Shown here piece by piece: positions 1-10,228 of a DNA stretch of 64,000 nucleotides. How positions within the stretch are numbered: position 1 is the first letter of the stretch; each line of letters starts with the position of its first letter. Source of the DNA: a virus; IMG/VR virus record IMGVR_UViG_3300044910_000225, positions 3,698-67,697 of that record; one strand, given 5' to 3'. Below the pieces are notes generated by a model. It saw only the letters and a list, made by a program, of their open reading frames with translations, ran no database searches and was not told the DNA's origin. Made by a program: the position numbers and the translations under genes.

Positions 1-1068
1 TTCCAACTCAGTGTCTGAAAGACCTACTCTACTACCTGTCAATGGATCACTACCTAAAAGAGCATATACTTGTAGATTATTATTTCTACAGTCATACTTC
101 TTAATAGCATTACCATTGATGGTAAGCATACGCTTCTGAAAGCTGTCACCTTGTGGATTAAGGTATGGACTGCATGAATGCATACGTCCTGAACTATTCT
201 CAAATGCATATGGTACATGGAATGTCTCATCTTGAAATCTATGGATATCTTCTACTAACTTATTCCACTCTTTAGCCATGAATACACCATCTTTATCAAA
301 CCATTTGTCTGAAGTCTTATACTCTTCTAATAAAGGAACTAGTTCTTCATTAGGTATAAGTTTGAATGGTACTGACTGCTGATGATTCAATGCTGATAGT
401 GCTGCTTCACCTTGTGCTGTAAGACCACTAAGCATAGTCTTACCTGATAAATATGTTCCTCCTTTATTCTCTGTAGTATGTGCTACTAGTCTATAAGCTG
501 CTCCTCCACTACGTACTGTAGAAGCTTTAAGATAGAGTCCTTCTTCTTGTAGGAAGGCTTGTAACTTATGACTAGGTTCAATGATATTATGAGTATGAGC
601 TTTGTCTGTCTTAATGATCTTATTTTGTAGAAATCCAGTGTCTTTAAGGAACTGAATTATGTTAGATCCAAGTGTAACTTTAGTGCTATGTGATGAACGT
701 AATCGTTTTGTACTTAATGTTATTACTTTGTTACAAAGCTGTTGACCTAGCTTGTAACCAGCAATCCTGTGCTCAAGGTAGCTGTGGCTGATTACAAGGT
801 CTTCAATGAGGATTGTAAACACTTTAGCCCAGTGTACTTTATGCTGTGATAAGAGCTCATGATGATACTCTTTATGATCTACACTACTAGCTTCTAAAGC
901 AGCTAGATATGCTGTCCAATTACTGTCTAATGTTTCAGCATTAAGCTTAGAAACACTGTCTTTAATTGCTAGTCTAAGACCTGATAAACTGTAGCTAGCT
1001 TCATAAGCTTCTTGCTTAGCTACAACTTCACGGATTTGTGCAAATGTAAGTGTTGATAATGTTTTCAT
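1..1068 (-). CDS. T7-type single-subunit RNA polymerase (N4 RNAPII equivalent), 3' end outside the window
   Basis: Not in the ORF track because it has no stop in the window. ATG at 1068 after a GAGGAG RBS. Manual translation gives ALNHQQSVPFK, ENSSGRMHSCSPYLNPQGDSFQK (DxxGR-like plus NPQG) and YDCRNNNLQVYALL (motif A-like). Confidence 0.85.
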   Translation of the reverse strand, partial: MKTLSTLTFAQIREVVAKQEAYEASYSLSGLRLAIKDSVSKLNAETLDSNWTAYLAALEASSVDHKEYHHELLSQHKVHWAKVFTILIEDLVISHSYLEHRIAGYKLGQQLCNKVITLSTKRLRSSHSTKVTLGSNIIQFLKDTGFLQNKIIKTDKAHTHNIIEPSHKLQAFLQEEGLYLKASTVRSGGAAYRLVAHTTENKGGTYLSGKTMLSGLTAQGEAALSALNHQQSVPFKLIPNEELVPLLEEYKTSDKWFDKDGVFMAKEWNKLVEDIHRFQDETFHVPYAFENSSGRMHSCSPYLNPQGDSFQKRMLTINGNAIKKYDCRNNNLQVYALLGSDPLTGSRVGLSDTELE

Positions 1069-1120
1069 AATATTCTCCTCAGAATAATACAGTCTATGCT
1101 GTATGTTAATGTTATGGTTG

Positions 1121-1150
1121 CCTGATAGTTCTCGTAGAGAACCTATTAGG
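1121..1150 (-). promoter_or_regulatory. Putative virion-RNAP hairpin promoter
   Basis: Template (+) strand CCTGATAG-TTCTC-GTA-GAGAA-C-CTATTAGG with a C-GTA-G triloop; lies upstream of the RNAP gene; second copy at 2065. Confidence 0.7.
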
Positions 1151-1216
1151 TTGTTAGACTATTCACTGATGGTGTTGGACTTATTGACATTGCCTATATA
1201 TTATATTTCTAGTGGG

Positions 1217-1381
1217 TTAGATATCTTCACCTATGTATTTGTAGTCACAATCCCAAGCTTTACCAGCTTCTTCAAGTGCAGTGATATAATCATATACATC
1301 TCTGAATTCTTCCTTACCTACTGTGGTCCATGTATGCTTACCACTTTCATCTGTATATGTAAAATCAAATACTGAGTCCAT
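1217..1381 (-). CDS. Small early protein (54 aa)
   Basis: Manual ORF MDSVFDFTYTDESGKHTW...GEDI with AAGGA RBS. Confidence 0.6.
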   Translation of the reverse strand: MDSVFDFTYTDESGKHTWTTVGKEEFRDVYDYITALEEAGKAWDCDYKYIGEDI

Positions 1382-1571
1382 TGTATTTCCTTTGTAGCAC
1401 TCTTTCGTGCTTGCTCGACTACATACCTACGATGATGCTGATGGCAGCACTACCGTTAGTGTATGTGTTCATGTTCCTCCTATGGAATATGTGTTAGAGT
1501 CTATGCTCAACTATTGTGTACTACCACTTGATAATACATCATGCTACCTCCCTAAGGAAGTAGTAGATGGA

Positions 1572-1980
1572 TTATAGAGCGTCTAGTTCTGCTCTCTTAG
1601 CTGCTAGTTTGGCTTCTAGTTCATCTGCTTTAGCCTTTAGTTCTGCATTCATAGAAGACAGTCCTAATGCATCAGCATGAGATATAGATGATCTGATAGC
1701 TTCTCTAGCTGCACCACCTTTAGATTCAACATCTGAGTTATGTTGTTTCATAGATGCTAGTGTGTCTTGACCTTCTAGTGCTAAGGTTGTACCTGCTATA
1801 CGTCCTGATTGGTATGATGCTGATGCTGCTCCTTTACCAGCTCTGAACAGATATACAATACCGAATGTAAGCATATTAAGTGTACGTCTAATAACGATAG
1901 CTCTCTCTGATGGTGACATAGATTTAAGTGCACCTACTGCAAAGATAGCAACTAGAATGATGATGATAAGTGTAAACATG
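1572..1980 (-). CDS. Early membrane protein with C-terminal coiled coil
   Basis: ORF 1572..2051; better start at 1980 (MFTLIIIILVAIFAV) with AGGAG RBS; hydrophobic N-terminus. Confidence 0.7.
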
Positions 1981-2064
1981 ATGAACTCCTGCCATATAGG
2001 ACTTACTTGTATATACTCTATGGTATAGATTGTAGACGTTGGTATGAACATTATCAGTGACCAG

Positions 2065-2093
2065 CTAATACTTCTCGTAGAGAATGTATTAGG
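2065..2093 (-). promoter_or_regulatory. Putative virion-RNAP hairpin promoter
   Basis: CTAATAC-TTCTC-GTA-GAGAA-T-GTATTAG; same core as 1121..1150 with a compensatory base-pair change. Confidence 0.7.
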
Positions 2094-2146
2094 TATATGT
2101 AGAGCTAGGCTCTATACTACCCACCATATAGATGAGTAGTTAAAGC

Positions 2147-2251
2147 CTAGTGTGCAATGATTGAATAGATCTTAGGAGTCATAATGAATCCAACAATAGT
2201 GAGGAGAAGAGTGCTGTTGTCTACAAGTGTAGAGATGATGATGTGTGACAT
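2147..2251 (-). CDS. Small hydrophobic early protein (34 aa)
   Basis: Manual ORF MSHIIISTLVDNSTLLLTIVGFIMTPKIYSIIAH with AAGGA RBS. Confidence 0.5.
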   Translation of the reverse strand: MSHIIISTLVDNSTLLLTIVGFIMTPKIYSIIAH

Positions 2252-2289
2252 GATAGATCCTTTAATAGTAGTACAGCTCTAAGACTGTC

Positions 2290-2700
2290 TGAATGGAATG
2301 GGTCCCATTAGTTTAAGTGGAGGGGGTACCTTCCCTGTGAAGTTTCCCTACACCTCTACTGGACGCATACAGAATTTTAAAATTTTCCCTAAAGCAAATC
2401 TTAATTATTTCTTAACAGTAGAGTAGTATAAAGACATGGTGTAGTAGTACATAAGAAGTGGTTGTTGTGTATGTTGAAGAAGTAGATGGTTGCTGTCATG
2501 TATCCTGCGGATGGCTAAACCGTTCGCTCACTATACCTTACGGTATGGTCGTTCGACTCACTGCAAGAATCAGTCGATGCTCTCCCAGTCGTTAACCATT
2601 CAGATTCCTGATCGTATCATAGATCGTTATGTATTGTCAAACATAACGCTATAGTGCTCTACTATGCTATGAAAATATACTATAATTTGCATAACAGTAA
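2290..2700. other. Divergent non-coding region, probable genome terminus/packaging region
   Basis: Strand switch between early genes and the terminase module, as expected at N4-like termini; contains GGGGGTACC and several palindromes. Confidence 0.45.
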
Positions 2701-2738
2701 TAACATATGGTATGATTCGGTAAAGTTAAGGAGTATTA

Positions 2739-3419
2739 ATGGCATTAACATTAGAAGTATTACAGGATAGTCTAGGGAAGAAGAAAGGTAATCTTATTAA
2801 TCAAGATACTGTAGAAGAACTGAATAGACTTGTAGATGATCCTGATTATGGTGAAGAATTCGTAGATGCTTATAAGCAATACTTCAATGTACTAGATAAG
2901 AATGGATCATGGTCTACTCCAAAGTATATGAATGCTATGAAGTTCTTTATATTGATAGAGTCTGATCATAGTATAGTGGATGCATATGTTAAAGTGTTTC
3001 CTGAGAGACTAGCAGCAAGGCATGCTAGGGGTGAATCCAAGAGAGATATAGGAGGAGAAGCTAGTAGATATAATGCTAGTGCTCTAGTGAATGAGATACG
3101 TAAGGTAGCTACTATAGGGATCAAATTGACTCATAGGTTTATGTTGACAGATGCATTAGATGTGACACATAAGCTGATGAATGATAGGAATGTAAGTCCT
3201 GCTGTAAGACAGAAAGCTGCTGAGACATTGATTAGAGAGCTGAAGCCTGATGATAAGACAGAGATCAGTATAGAGATCAAGAATGATGTAAGTGCTATTG
3301 ATGAACTGAGAAAAGCTACAGAAGCATTGGTGCTAGAACAACGTAGAAGTATAGAAGCTGGAGTAGCTGTGAAGTTCATAGCAGAATCCAAGATCATAGA
3401 AGGTGAGATATATGAGTAG
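2739..3419 (+). CDS. N4 gp69-like protein (putative small terminase)
   Basis: 226 aa directly upstream of and overlapping the large terminase; N4 synteny. Confidence 0.7.
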   Translation: MALTLEVLQDSLGKKKGNLINQDTVEELNRLVDDPDYGEEFVDAYKQYFNVLDKNGSWSTPKYMNAMKFFILIESDHSIVDAYVKVFPERLAARHARGESKRDIGGEASRYNASALVNEIRKVATIGIKLTHRFMLTDALDVTHKLMNDRNVSPAVRQKAAETLIRELKPDDKTEISIEIKNDVSAIDELRKATEALVLEQRRSIEAGVAVKFIAESKIIEGEIYE

Positions 3420-4995
3420 TCCTGAAAAGAAGACAGTAGTAGAATGGATCAATGGTGTAAGCTATGATGTTGATCCTACGTATGTTCCAAGTGACTTTGC
3501 ACTGAAGTTTGTTACTTTTATAAAGCTAGTAAATGGGGGTAAAGGTGAAGAGAATAAGACTCCTGTAATCCACTATAAGATGCTAGATCAGATAGCAGGT
3601 AAGAAGCAGAATATCACTAATCTATGCTCAAGGGGTATGGCAAAGACAACTATCATGGGTGAATATATGATACTGTATATTGCTACATATGGCGGTATAG
3701 ATGGTTTTGGAGATATACCTCTAGGACTGTATGTAAGTGATAGTATTGAGAATGGTGTAAAGAATATGCGTAAGAATCTAGAGTATAGATGGGAAAATAG
3801 TGAGTTCCTACAGAAGTATATACCAAGGATACGATTCACAGATATAAGATGGGAATTCGAGAATGTAGATGGTAAAGTAACTATCTTTAAAGGGTATGGT
3901 GGTAAGACTGGAGTGAGGGGTAGTAAAGAACTAGGACAAAGACCATATATTGCAATATTGGATGACCTCATATCAGATGAGGATGCAAGATCACAGACAG
4001 TAAGAGCAAGTATAGAGGATACAGTGTATAAGGCTATAGACTATGCTCTACATCCTAGTAGAAGAAAGACTATCTGGAGTGGTACACCATTTAATGCTAA
4101 TGACCCACTGTATAAGGCTGTAGAGTCAGGAGCATGGTATGTTAATGTCTATCCTGTATGTGAAGTATTTCCATGTGAAGAGAAAGACTTCAAAGGTGGA
4201 TGGGAAGATCGTTTCACATATGAGTATGTAAAGACACAGTATGATAAGGCACTGAGAGCTGGTAAGATAGATACGTTCAATCAGGAGCTGATGCTGAGAA
4301 TCATGTCAGACGAAGACCGACTGGTACAAGATAGTGATATTGTATGGTATGATAGAAGTACAGTACTGTCTAATAAAGGAAAGTATAACTTCTATATCAC
4401 CACAGATTTTGCTACAAGTGAGAAGACAAGTGCTGACTACAGTGTGATCAGTGTATGGGCATACAATAACAATGGTGACTGGTTACTAGTGGATGGTGTG
4501 TGTAAGAGACAGCTGATGGATAAGAATATAGATGATCTGTTTAGATTCGTAAACTTGTATAAACCTCAGAGTGTAGGGGTAGAGGTAACAGGGCAGCAAG
4601 GTGGATTCATACAGTGGATACAAGATCAGATGCTAACAAGGAATATCTTCTTCAATCTAGCAAGTGAAGGTAATAGTGGTAATCCAGGACTAAGACCAAA
4701 TACTAATAAGATGGTACGATTCAATACTGTGCTACCACTATTCAAAGCTAGAAAGATATGGATGCCTAAAGCAATGGAGACAAGTGATATCATAGTGGAA
4801 GCAATGGATGAGTTAAGGAATGCAAGTGCAGGGGGATTCAAGAGTAAGCATGATGATTTCATAGATACAGTGAGTATGCTGAGCAGTCTACAGACATGGA
4901 AGCCAAGTGAAGAAGTAGCATATGAGCAAAAGAAAGATGGAGTATGGGAAGAGGTAGACTTTGAAGAAGCAGTACACAATAGTCTAGTATTCTAG
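3412..4995 (+). CDS. terL: Terminase large subunit
   Basis: Walker A SRGMAKTT, Walker B AILDD, nuclease motifs TTDFA and HDDFID. Confidence 0.95.
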   Translation: MSSPEKKTVVEWINGVSYDVDPTYVPSDFALKFVTFIKLVNGGKGEENKTPVIHYKMLDQIAGKKQNITNLCSRGMAKTTIMGEYMILYIATYGGIDGFGDIPLGLYVSDSIENGVKNMRKNLEYRWENSEFLQKYIPRIRFTDIRWEFENVDGKVTIFKGYGGKTGVRGSKELGQRPYIAILDDLISDEDARSQTVRASIEDTVYKAIDYALHPSRRKTIWSGTPFNANDPLYKAVESGAWYVNVYPVCEVFPCEEKDFKGGWEDRFTYEYVKTQYDKALRAGKIDTFNQELMLRIMSDEDRLVQDSDIVWYDRSTVLSNKGKYNFYITTDFATSEKTSADYSVISVWAYNNNGDWLLVDGVCKRQLMDKNIDDLFRFVNLYKPQSVGVEVTGQQGGFIQWIQDQMLTRNIFFNLASEGNSGNPGLRPNTNKMVRFNTVLPLFKARKIWMPKAMETSDIIVEAMDELRNASAGGFKSKHDDFIDTVSMLSSLQTWKPSEEVAYEQKKDGVWEEVDFEEAVHNSLVF

Positions 4996-5022
4996 CGAAG
5001 TATCTAAAAGATACTGAGGTTA

Positions 5023-5031
5023 TGATATAAT
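5023..5031 (+). promoter_or_regulatory. Extended -10 late promoter TGATATAAT
   Basis: Same motif recurs before late genes at 15116, 21396, 26671 and 28644. Confidence 0.65.
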
Positions 5032-5054
5032 ATGCAAAATGAAAAGGAGTAAGC

Positions 5055-5642
5055 ATGATCTATACGAAAGCAAAGATGAGAGAATTCGCTAGAAATCTAG
5101 ATAATCGTTTAGAGAATGATACTGCCTATACTGATACATGGTTAGATGATAGGATAGAGGAAGGAATTGCTTTAGCTCAAGACATAAAGCAAACACTATT
5201 CTATACTAAAGAAAAGTATGATATAGAAGCTAATCTCACAGTAGATATGCTGGGTGTAGTAGAGATCATACCTCAAAGAGAAGTGCATACTATCTGGGCA
5301 GTAGAATATGATACAGCATCAATGACTGTAGAAGTGACTGCAAATAATCATGTAATACTAAGACGCATAGAAGATGCTCCATTGCCTGAAGACTATACAG
5401 TAACAATCAGATACTTCTTCTACCATACTCTACCGTTCATTGAGATAGAGATGAGTATGGAAGTGTATAAGATGGTAAAGCATTGTATTGCAGTAGCATG
5501 CTTCCAATGGTTACAGGATCAAGAGAGTGAGCAATATCATACAGCAATAGCAGAAAGTATGGTAGTGAAGAGTACATTCGATATAGAAAAAGATCTAATG
5601 GAAATACCAGAAGATAGACTGTGGAGAGCATCATGGGCTTGA
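5055..5642 (+). CDS. Putative head-tail adaptor (N4 gp67 position)
   Basis: 195 aa after terL; synteny only. Confidence 0.55.
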   Translation: MIYTKAKMREFARNLDNRLENDTAYTDTWLDDRIEEGIALAQDIKQTLFYTKEKYDIEANLTVDMLGVVEIIPQREVHTIWAVEYDTASMTVEVTANNHVILRRIEDAPLPEDYTVTIRYFFYHTLPFIEIEMSMEVYKMVKHCIAVACFQWLQDQESEQYHTAIAESMVVKSTFDIEKDLMEIPEDRLWRASWA

Positions 5643-5929
5643 TAGTAGAAACAATCCCTGTACATGTTCCAGCCTCAAGAGTATGCACTGACGGTAGCAG
5701 CTCTAGTAACTATGAAGAGACAGGTAGTTTTGATATGAGCATATACAGAATACTGAGTATGCAGAATGATATGAAAACTATAGAGTATCCTATCAAAGTA
5801 TGTAATGAGTTTGATCTGTATCTACAGTATGCTGAAGATAATTATGACGGTATTGTGAATGTAAACTTTGATAGCCTAGATGAGTACCTAGGAACTATCG
5901 GAATAATAACTGAAATGTGTGAGGTATAG
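5633..5929 (+). CDS. Hypothetical virion-associated protein
   Basis: ORF coupled to its neighbours; likely start MGLIVET. Confidence 0.55.
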   Translation: MGLIVETIPVHVPASRVCTDGSSSSNYEETGSFDMSIYRILSMQNDMKTIEYPIKVCNEFDLYLQYAEDNYDGIVNVNFDSLDEYLGTIGIITEMCEV

Positions 5930-5931
5930 AT

Positions 5932-6780
5932 ATGGGCTTTGTAGAAAATGTAAATAAGGTAGCTAACGATCTTACGATAGAACTAGCAGAGAATGTTAAT
6001 ATAGTAGCTGGTATTGCTGATGATGTATCACAACTTGTGGATCTGTATAATGAGGGACAGTTGCCTCTGATTGATGATACTGTACCATCAGCTGATAAAG
6101 TATACAGTTCACTGCAGACTCAGACAATGCATGATGCTCAAGCAGAAGCAATAGGTAATCTAGCTAGTGCAAGTGGTTCTCTGGTAAAGACTGGTGTTCC
6201 AGTAGTACTAACATCAACATTCCAAGATCTAAGCTTTGCTACAAATGTACAATCATCAAATCCACTAGTATTTGAGATAGGTACAAATAATATGATTCTC
6301 AAGTCAAATGGTGATTATAACTTCTTCTCTATAATCACTGTACAGCTTAGCTCTGGTCAAACACAGACCATTCTGTTTGAGGTGTATGATACTGTAAATG
6401 CTACTGTACTAGCTTCATCTACAGGAACTGTAAATCAGTCCAATGGTGATATCATAGTGTTCCCAATCAATACACTAATGAGTGTGCAGAGTGTACCATA
6501 TGATGGGCAGCTTACAGTCAAAGTACGTGCTAAACTAACAGCAGGTTCTGCTACTACTGTTACTGATTTTTCATCTATGATGGTACTGAGTGGGGCAGCA
6601 AGTAGTGGGGGGCAACTGCTGGGTAAAGCACCTATGAAAGCAGTAGCATACCTAGCAGGTACAACTAGTGAAGTATTAGTAACACCAGATGGTTCTAATA
6701 ACTTCTCAATAGACTCACTAGTAATAGAAGATGGTGGCAGTCTAACTGTGTCTAATAACTCAATATATAAGGTACTATAA
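5932..6780 (+). CDS. Tail appendage/tailspike anchor protein
   Basis: Beta-rich 282 aa directly before the tailspikes. Confidence 0.55.
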   Translation: MGFVENVNKVANDLTIELAENVNIVAGIADDVSQLVDLYNEGQLPLIDDTVPSADKVYSSLQTQTMHDAQAEAIGNLASASGSLVKTGVPVVLTSTFQDLSFATNVQSSNPLVFEIGTNNMILKSNGDYNFFSIITVQLSSGQTQTILFEVYDTVNATVLASSTGTVNQSNGDIIVFPINTLMSVQSVPYDGQLTVKVRAKLTAGSATTVTDFSSMMVLSGAASSGGQLLGKAPMKAVAYLAGTTSEVLVTPDGSNNFSIDSLVIEDGGSLTVSNNSIYKVL

Positions 6781-8246
6781 TGAAGATAACACATAATGCA
6801 ATACAGTACAATGTAGATTCAGTAGCAGCTCTACTAACACTAGCTGGTGAAGAGAACCAGGTAACAGTAGTGACTGATGAGAACCAAGGTGGGACATTTG
6901 TGTATAGAGCAGATAATGCTTTAGTTAACAATGGTGGAACTATATTTAATGGGTGGACTAGGCAGTATGATGGCAATGCAAAATATACTTGGTTTGATAC
7001 AAAATCTAATGCTATTATATCTGGTCTTAAACTTGATTTTGTATCAAATGTTACCATTAATGTTCCAGCTGATACTTCAACAATACAAGGTGCATTAAAT
7101 ATTATTGGTAGCATTGCTGATGATGTATATGTAACAATTCAAGTTGCAGACGGTACATACGCAATGACAAGCAGTATTAATCTTGATCATCCAAATGGTA
7201 GTAATATCAGACTAATTGGTAATGAAACAACTGCATCAAGCTGTGTGCTACAAGTTGCTGGAGAGCCAAGTTTTACTATGCTTGTCTGTTCAAATAGCAA
7301 CAAATTTGGGTACATAAATGGATTTAGAATTAATGCTACTACAAAAGCAACATTGGCAAATAACCACTCTGGAATACTTGCATACAATGGAGCATTTATT
7401 CGCTGTGGTGCTGACATTGAAGTAAACAATTTCTACTATGGTATTAACTCATCATATAACTCTACTATTGTTGCAGATTATGCTAAAGTATCAAATGCTG
7501 GTGATGTTGGAATATGGGCTTTCTGTGGTTCATTTGTATCAGCTAGGTATGCGTATGCAACAGATTGTGCTGATGTTGTTAATGGATGGGGTTATGGAAT
7601 ACAGGCTGAATATGGTTCTAACGTGAACTGTGAATATGCCTATACATCAGGCAATAATATTGCTGGTATAGCAGCATTATCAAATTCACAAGTTAGAGCA
7701 TTAAACGCTACTGCATCACTGAATATAGGAAGTGGATTTCTAGCAAGAGATAATAGTTCTATTGAGTGTCACAGTGGTACAGCTTCTAGTAATTCAAGAT
7801 ATGGAATTGAAGAGTACACAAGTGGTAGAGTATTTGGAAATAGTATTACAACATCTACTAATACGCTTGGTAATTATGCTCCAGTAGCTCAGATGGATAA
7901 TACAACATTAGGTGCTAGAGTTATATCTAATAACGGTGATTTAAGACTAGATACAGCTGGAGCGAATAATATTTATTTTAATACATCAGGCGGTCTACAG
8001 TTTGGTGTCTCTCATACTGCTTCATCTGTAAATAGGCTTCAAGTGACTGGAGCATCTACTGGCTCGTCTCCTGTTATACAAGCAGCTGGCAGTGACTCCG
8101 TAATTGACGTAGCGATATTGCCTAAAGGTGCTGGTAGCTATGTAAAACTTGGAGCTGGATATGTAGCAACTCCATCAGCAACAATAGGGTATATATCTGT
8201 AAAAGATAATACTGGTACTATAAGAAAATTAGCAGTAATATCATAA
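6780..8246 (+). CDS. Tailspike 1 (beta-helix)
   Basis: N-terminal GGTFVY...NNGGTIFNGWTRQY domain shared with the other two spikes; Asn/Gly-rich parallel beta-helix repeats. Confidence 0.8.
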   Translation: MKITHNAIQYNVDSVAALLTLAGEENQVTVVTDENQGGTFVYRADNALVNNGGTIFNGWTRQYDGNAKYTWFDTKSNAIISGLKLDFVSNVTINVPADTSTIQGALNIIGSIADDVYVTIQVADGTYAMTSSINLDHPNGSNIRLIGNETTASSCVLQVAGEPSFTMLVCSNSNKFGYINGFRINATTKATLANNHSGILAYNGAFIRCGADIEVNNFYYGINSSYNSTIVADYAKVSNAGDVGIWAFCGSFVSARYAYATDCADVVNGWGYGIQAEYGSNVNCEYAYTSGNNIAGIAALSNSQVRALNATASLNIGSGFLARDNSSIECHSGTASSNSRYGIEEYTSGRVFGNSITTSTNTLGNYAPVAQMDNTTLGARVISNNGDLRLDTAGANNIYFNTSGGLQFGVSHTASSVNRLQVTGASTGSSPVIQAAGSDSVIDVAILPKGAGSYVKLGAGYVATPSATIGYISVKDNTGTIRKLAVIS

Positions 8247-8256
8247 AGGACAAACA

Positions 8257-9876
8257 ATGAGCAGCAAACTAACACTAAAGAATAGCATAGACACAGAGTT
8301 TAGTATTGAACATACAGATGGCAAGTCAGCTAAGACTATCAAAGGTACTGATATAGTAGTAGCAGTAGATACTATCAATGACTTTCCTACAGTAGCTAGT
8401 AATGGTGATGTAGTGATTGTGAGAGATAGCAATAGAGGTGGTACATTCGTATATGATAGTACACAAAGTGCTGTAAATAATGGAGGTACTATATTTGATG
8501 GATGGGTACGTCAGTATAGTGGTGCTGTAAATGTAAAGTGGTTTGGGGCTAAAGGGGATGGGGTTACAGATGATACAGTATCATTAACAAATGTTTTTAA
8601 TTATTGTATAGCTGCAACATATACTATTTATATGCCATCTGGAAACTATATAGTAACTGGAATCTCATTAACACCAAAAATAGTTGGAAATACTCCTATA
8701 AGAATTGTAGGCGATGCTGGTATTTACGTAGGTAATAACTTCACAACAATGATTACTAATATATCAACAACTGGTACAGATTGTATTTCATTTAATGGCA
8801 CCTCAAGTAACGAATTTACTAGAATAGAAATAGAAAACATTAGATTTAAAGGAAATGCACAATCAGGGCACGGACTATATGTTATATATGGAGGAGAACT
8901 TAATTGTGTTAATTCTTCATTTGACCATCACGGAAAGCATGGGGTATATTATAAAGACTCTTGGGTTCCAAGGTTTACAAAGTGTGACTTTAGATATAAT
9001 GGTCAATCATCAGCATTAAAAGATTATCATGGACTATACTTAGAAGGTTCTGCTCTTGTTGGGGTCAATGGCTCGTCATTAATTGATTGTACTACTGAGA
9101 TGAATTATGGTGATGGTATAAAAATAGTTGCCTCTGCAAGTGGTCAAGATTCTAATATAGGAACAATTATTAACTATAATTCAACATCAAATTATGGGGC
9201 TGGGCTTAGGTTGAAAGGAATATCTGCAAGTATAATTGGTGGATTTTCTGAGTTTAATGGCGGAGGAGGAATTGTATCAGGAGTATCAGGAACAACTAGT
9301 GATATGTATGGAATAGAGATTTCAGGAATGTTATTTGATTGTTATGATAGAGACAATCTAAATGGTGGTGTTCCAGTAAAAGCAATAGAACTTAATAGGG
9401 TTAGAGGATGCTCAATATCAGGACTATTTATAAGAAATGCAGTCGAAACTATTCCAATATCTTTATCGTCAGATTGTCTGGATATAAGCATAAACATGCC
9501 TTCGTCATGCTCGGTATATAACTGCACAAAGTTTATTATTTTCGGTACTAAAGAAATTGCTTATTCTATGCGTCCAATTAAAATAGGATATAGTGGTACA
9601 ACATATTCTACTGCTCAAACTGATACATTTGACTTACTAGGTGCATTTTCTCCAAAAATTTATAATATACAAAATAATTCAACAGCAACAAATATTCTTG
9701 CTTATCAATTTAATAGAAGCGGAACTGGGTTATTTGGAATTAGGAACTCTGGTGGTATATGTTCATCAAGCACATCAGTAGCAACAACACTTGGAACTGT
9801 ATCAGGTAAAATGCCTGTTTATGGGATGGACGGAGTATTTATAGGATGGCTTCCACTATACGCAACTATAACATAA
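8257..9876 (+). CDS. Tailspike 2 (pectate-lyase-like depolymerase)
   Basis: NVKWFGAKGDGVTDDT motif followed by a beta-helix region. Confidence 0.85.
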   Translation: MSSKLTLKNSIDTEFSIEHTDGKSAKTIKGTDIVVAVDTINDFPTVASNGDVVIVRDSNRGGTFVYDSTQSAVNNGGTIFDGWVRQYSGAVNVKWFGAKGDGVTDDTVSLTNVFNYCIAATYTIYMPSGNYIVTGISLTPKIVGNTPIRIVGDAGIYVGNNFTTMITNISTTGTDCISFNGTSSNEFTRIEIENIRFKGNAQSGHGLYVIYGGELNCVNSSFDHHGKHGVYYKDSWVPRFTKCDFRYNGQSSALKDYHGLYLEGSALVGVNGSSLIDCTTEMNYGDGIKIVASASGQDSNIGTIINYNSTSNYGAGLRLKGISASIIGGFSEFNGGGGIVSGVSGTTSDMYGIEISGMLFDCYDRDNLNGGVPVKAIELNRVRGCSISGLFIRNAVETIPISLSSDCLDISINMPSSCSVYNCTKFIIFGTKEIAYSMRPIKIGYSGTTYSTAQTDTFDLLGAFSPKIYNIQNNSTATNILAYQFNRSGTGLFGIRNSGGICSSSTSVATTLGTVSGKMPVYGMDGVFIGWLPLYATIT

Positions 9877-9885
9877 AGTATAATT

Positions 9886-10111
9886 ATGAATAAGATAAAG
9901 CAATTCCTAAAATCAACCTTATGGCACAATAACAATAGCAAATAAAAAGTGGTAGTATGAAACACGCTGTGGAGATTGACAATATAAAAAGGACTTACGT
10001 ATCACTCAAGACAGTGTTCTGCTTATCCATCAAGACTTAAAGCAGATGAGCAAAGGAATAGGTGAGATGGCATCATCTATGAAAATCATGGTAGATGTGA
10101 GTGGAGAGTAG
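9886..10111 (+). pseudogene. Remnants of a holin 5' end and a frameshifted coiled-coil gene
   Basis: MNKIKQFLKS matches the start of the 12754 holin (MNKLKQFLKS); the following HAVEIDNIK/DLRITQD frame is broken in an A-run. Confidence 0.55.
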
Positions 10112-10228
10112 TGGTATGTAAAGTGTTAAGTTGGATTGATCCTAGGGATGGTAATCATTGTCTAGAAAGCATTGAGAAGATAGATTAAATTATGGTACAA
10201 TACAAGCAACAAATGTCAAAGGGCTAGT

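Noticed and set aside
1103-1375. Plus-strand 90-aa ORF and the many short antisense ORFs across the window
   Set aside because: They are shadows of real opposite-strand genes, without RBSs, caused by strong codon bias.
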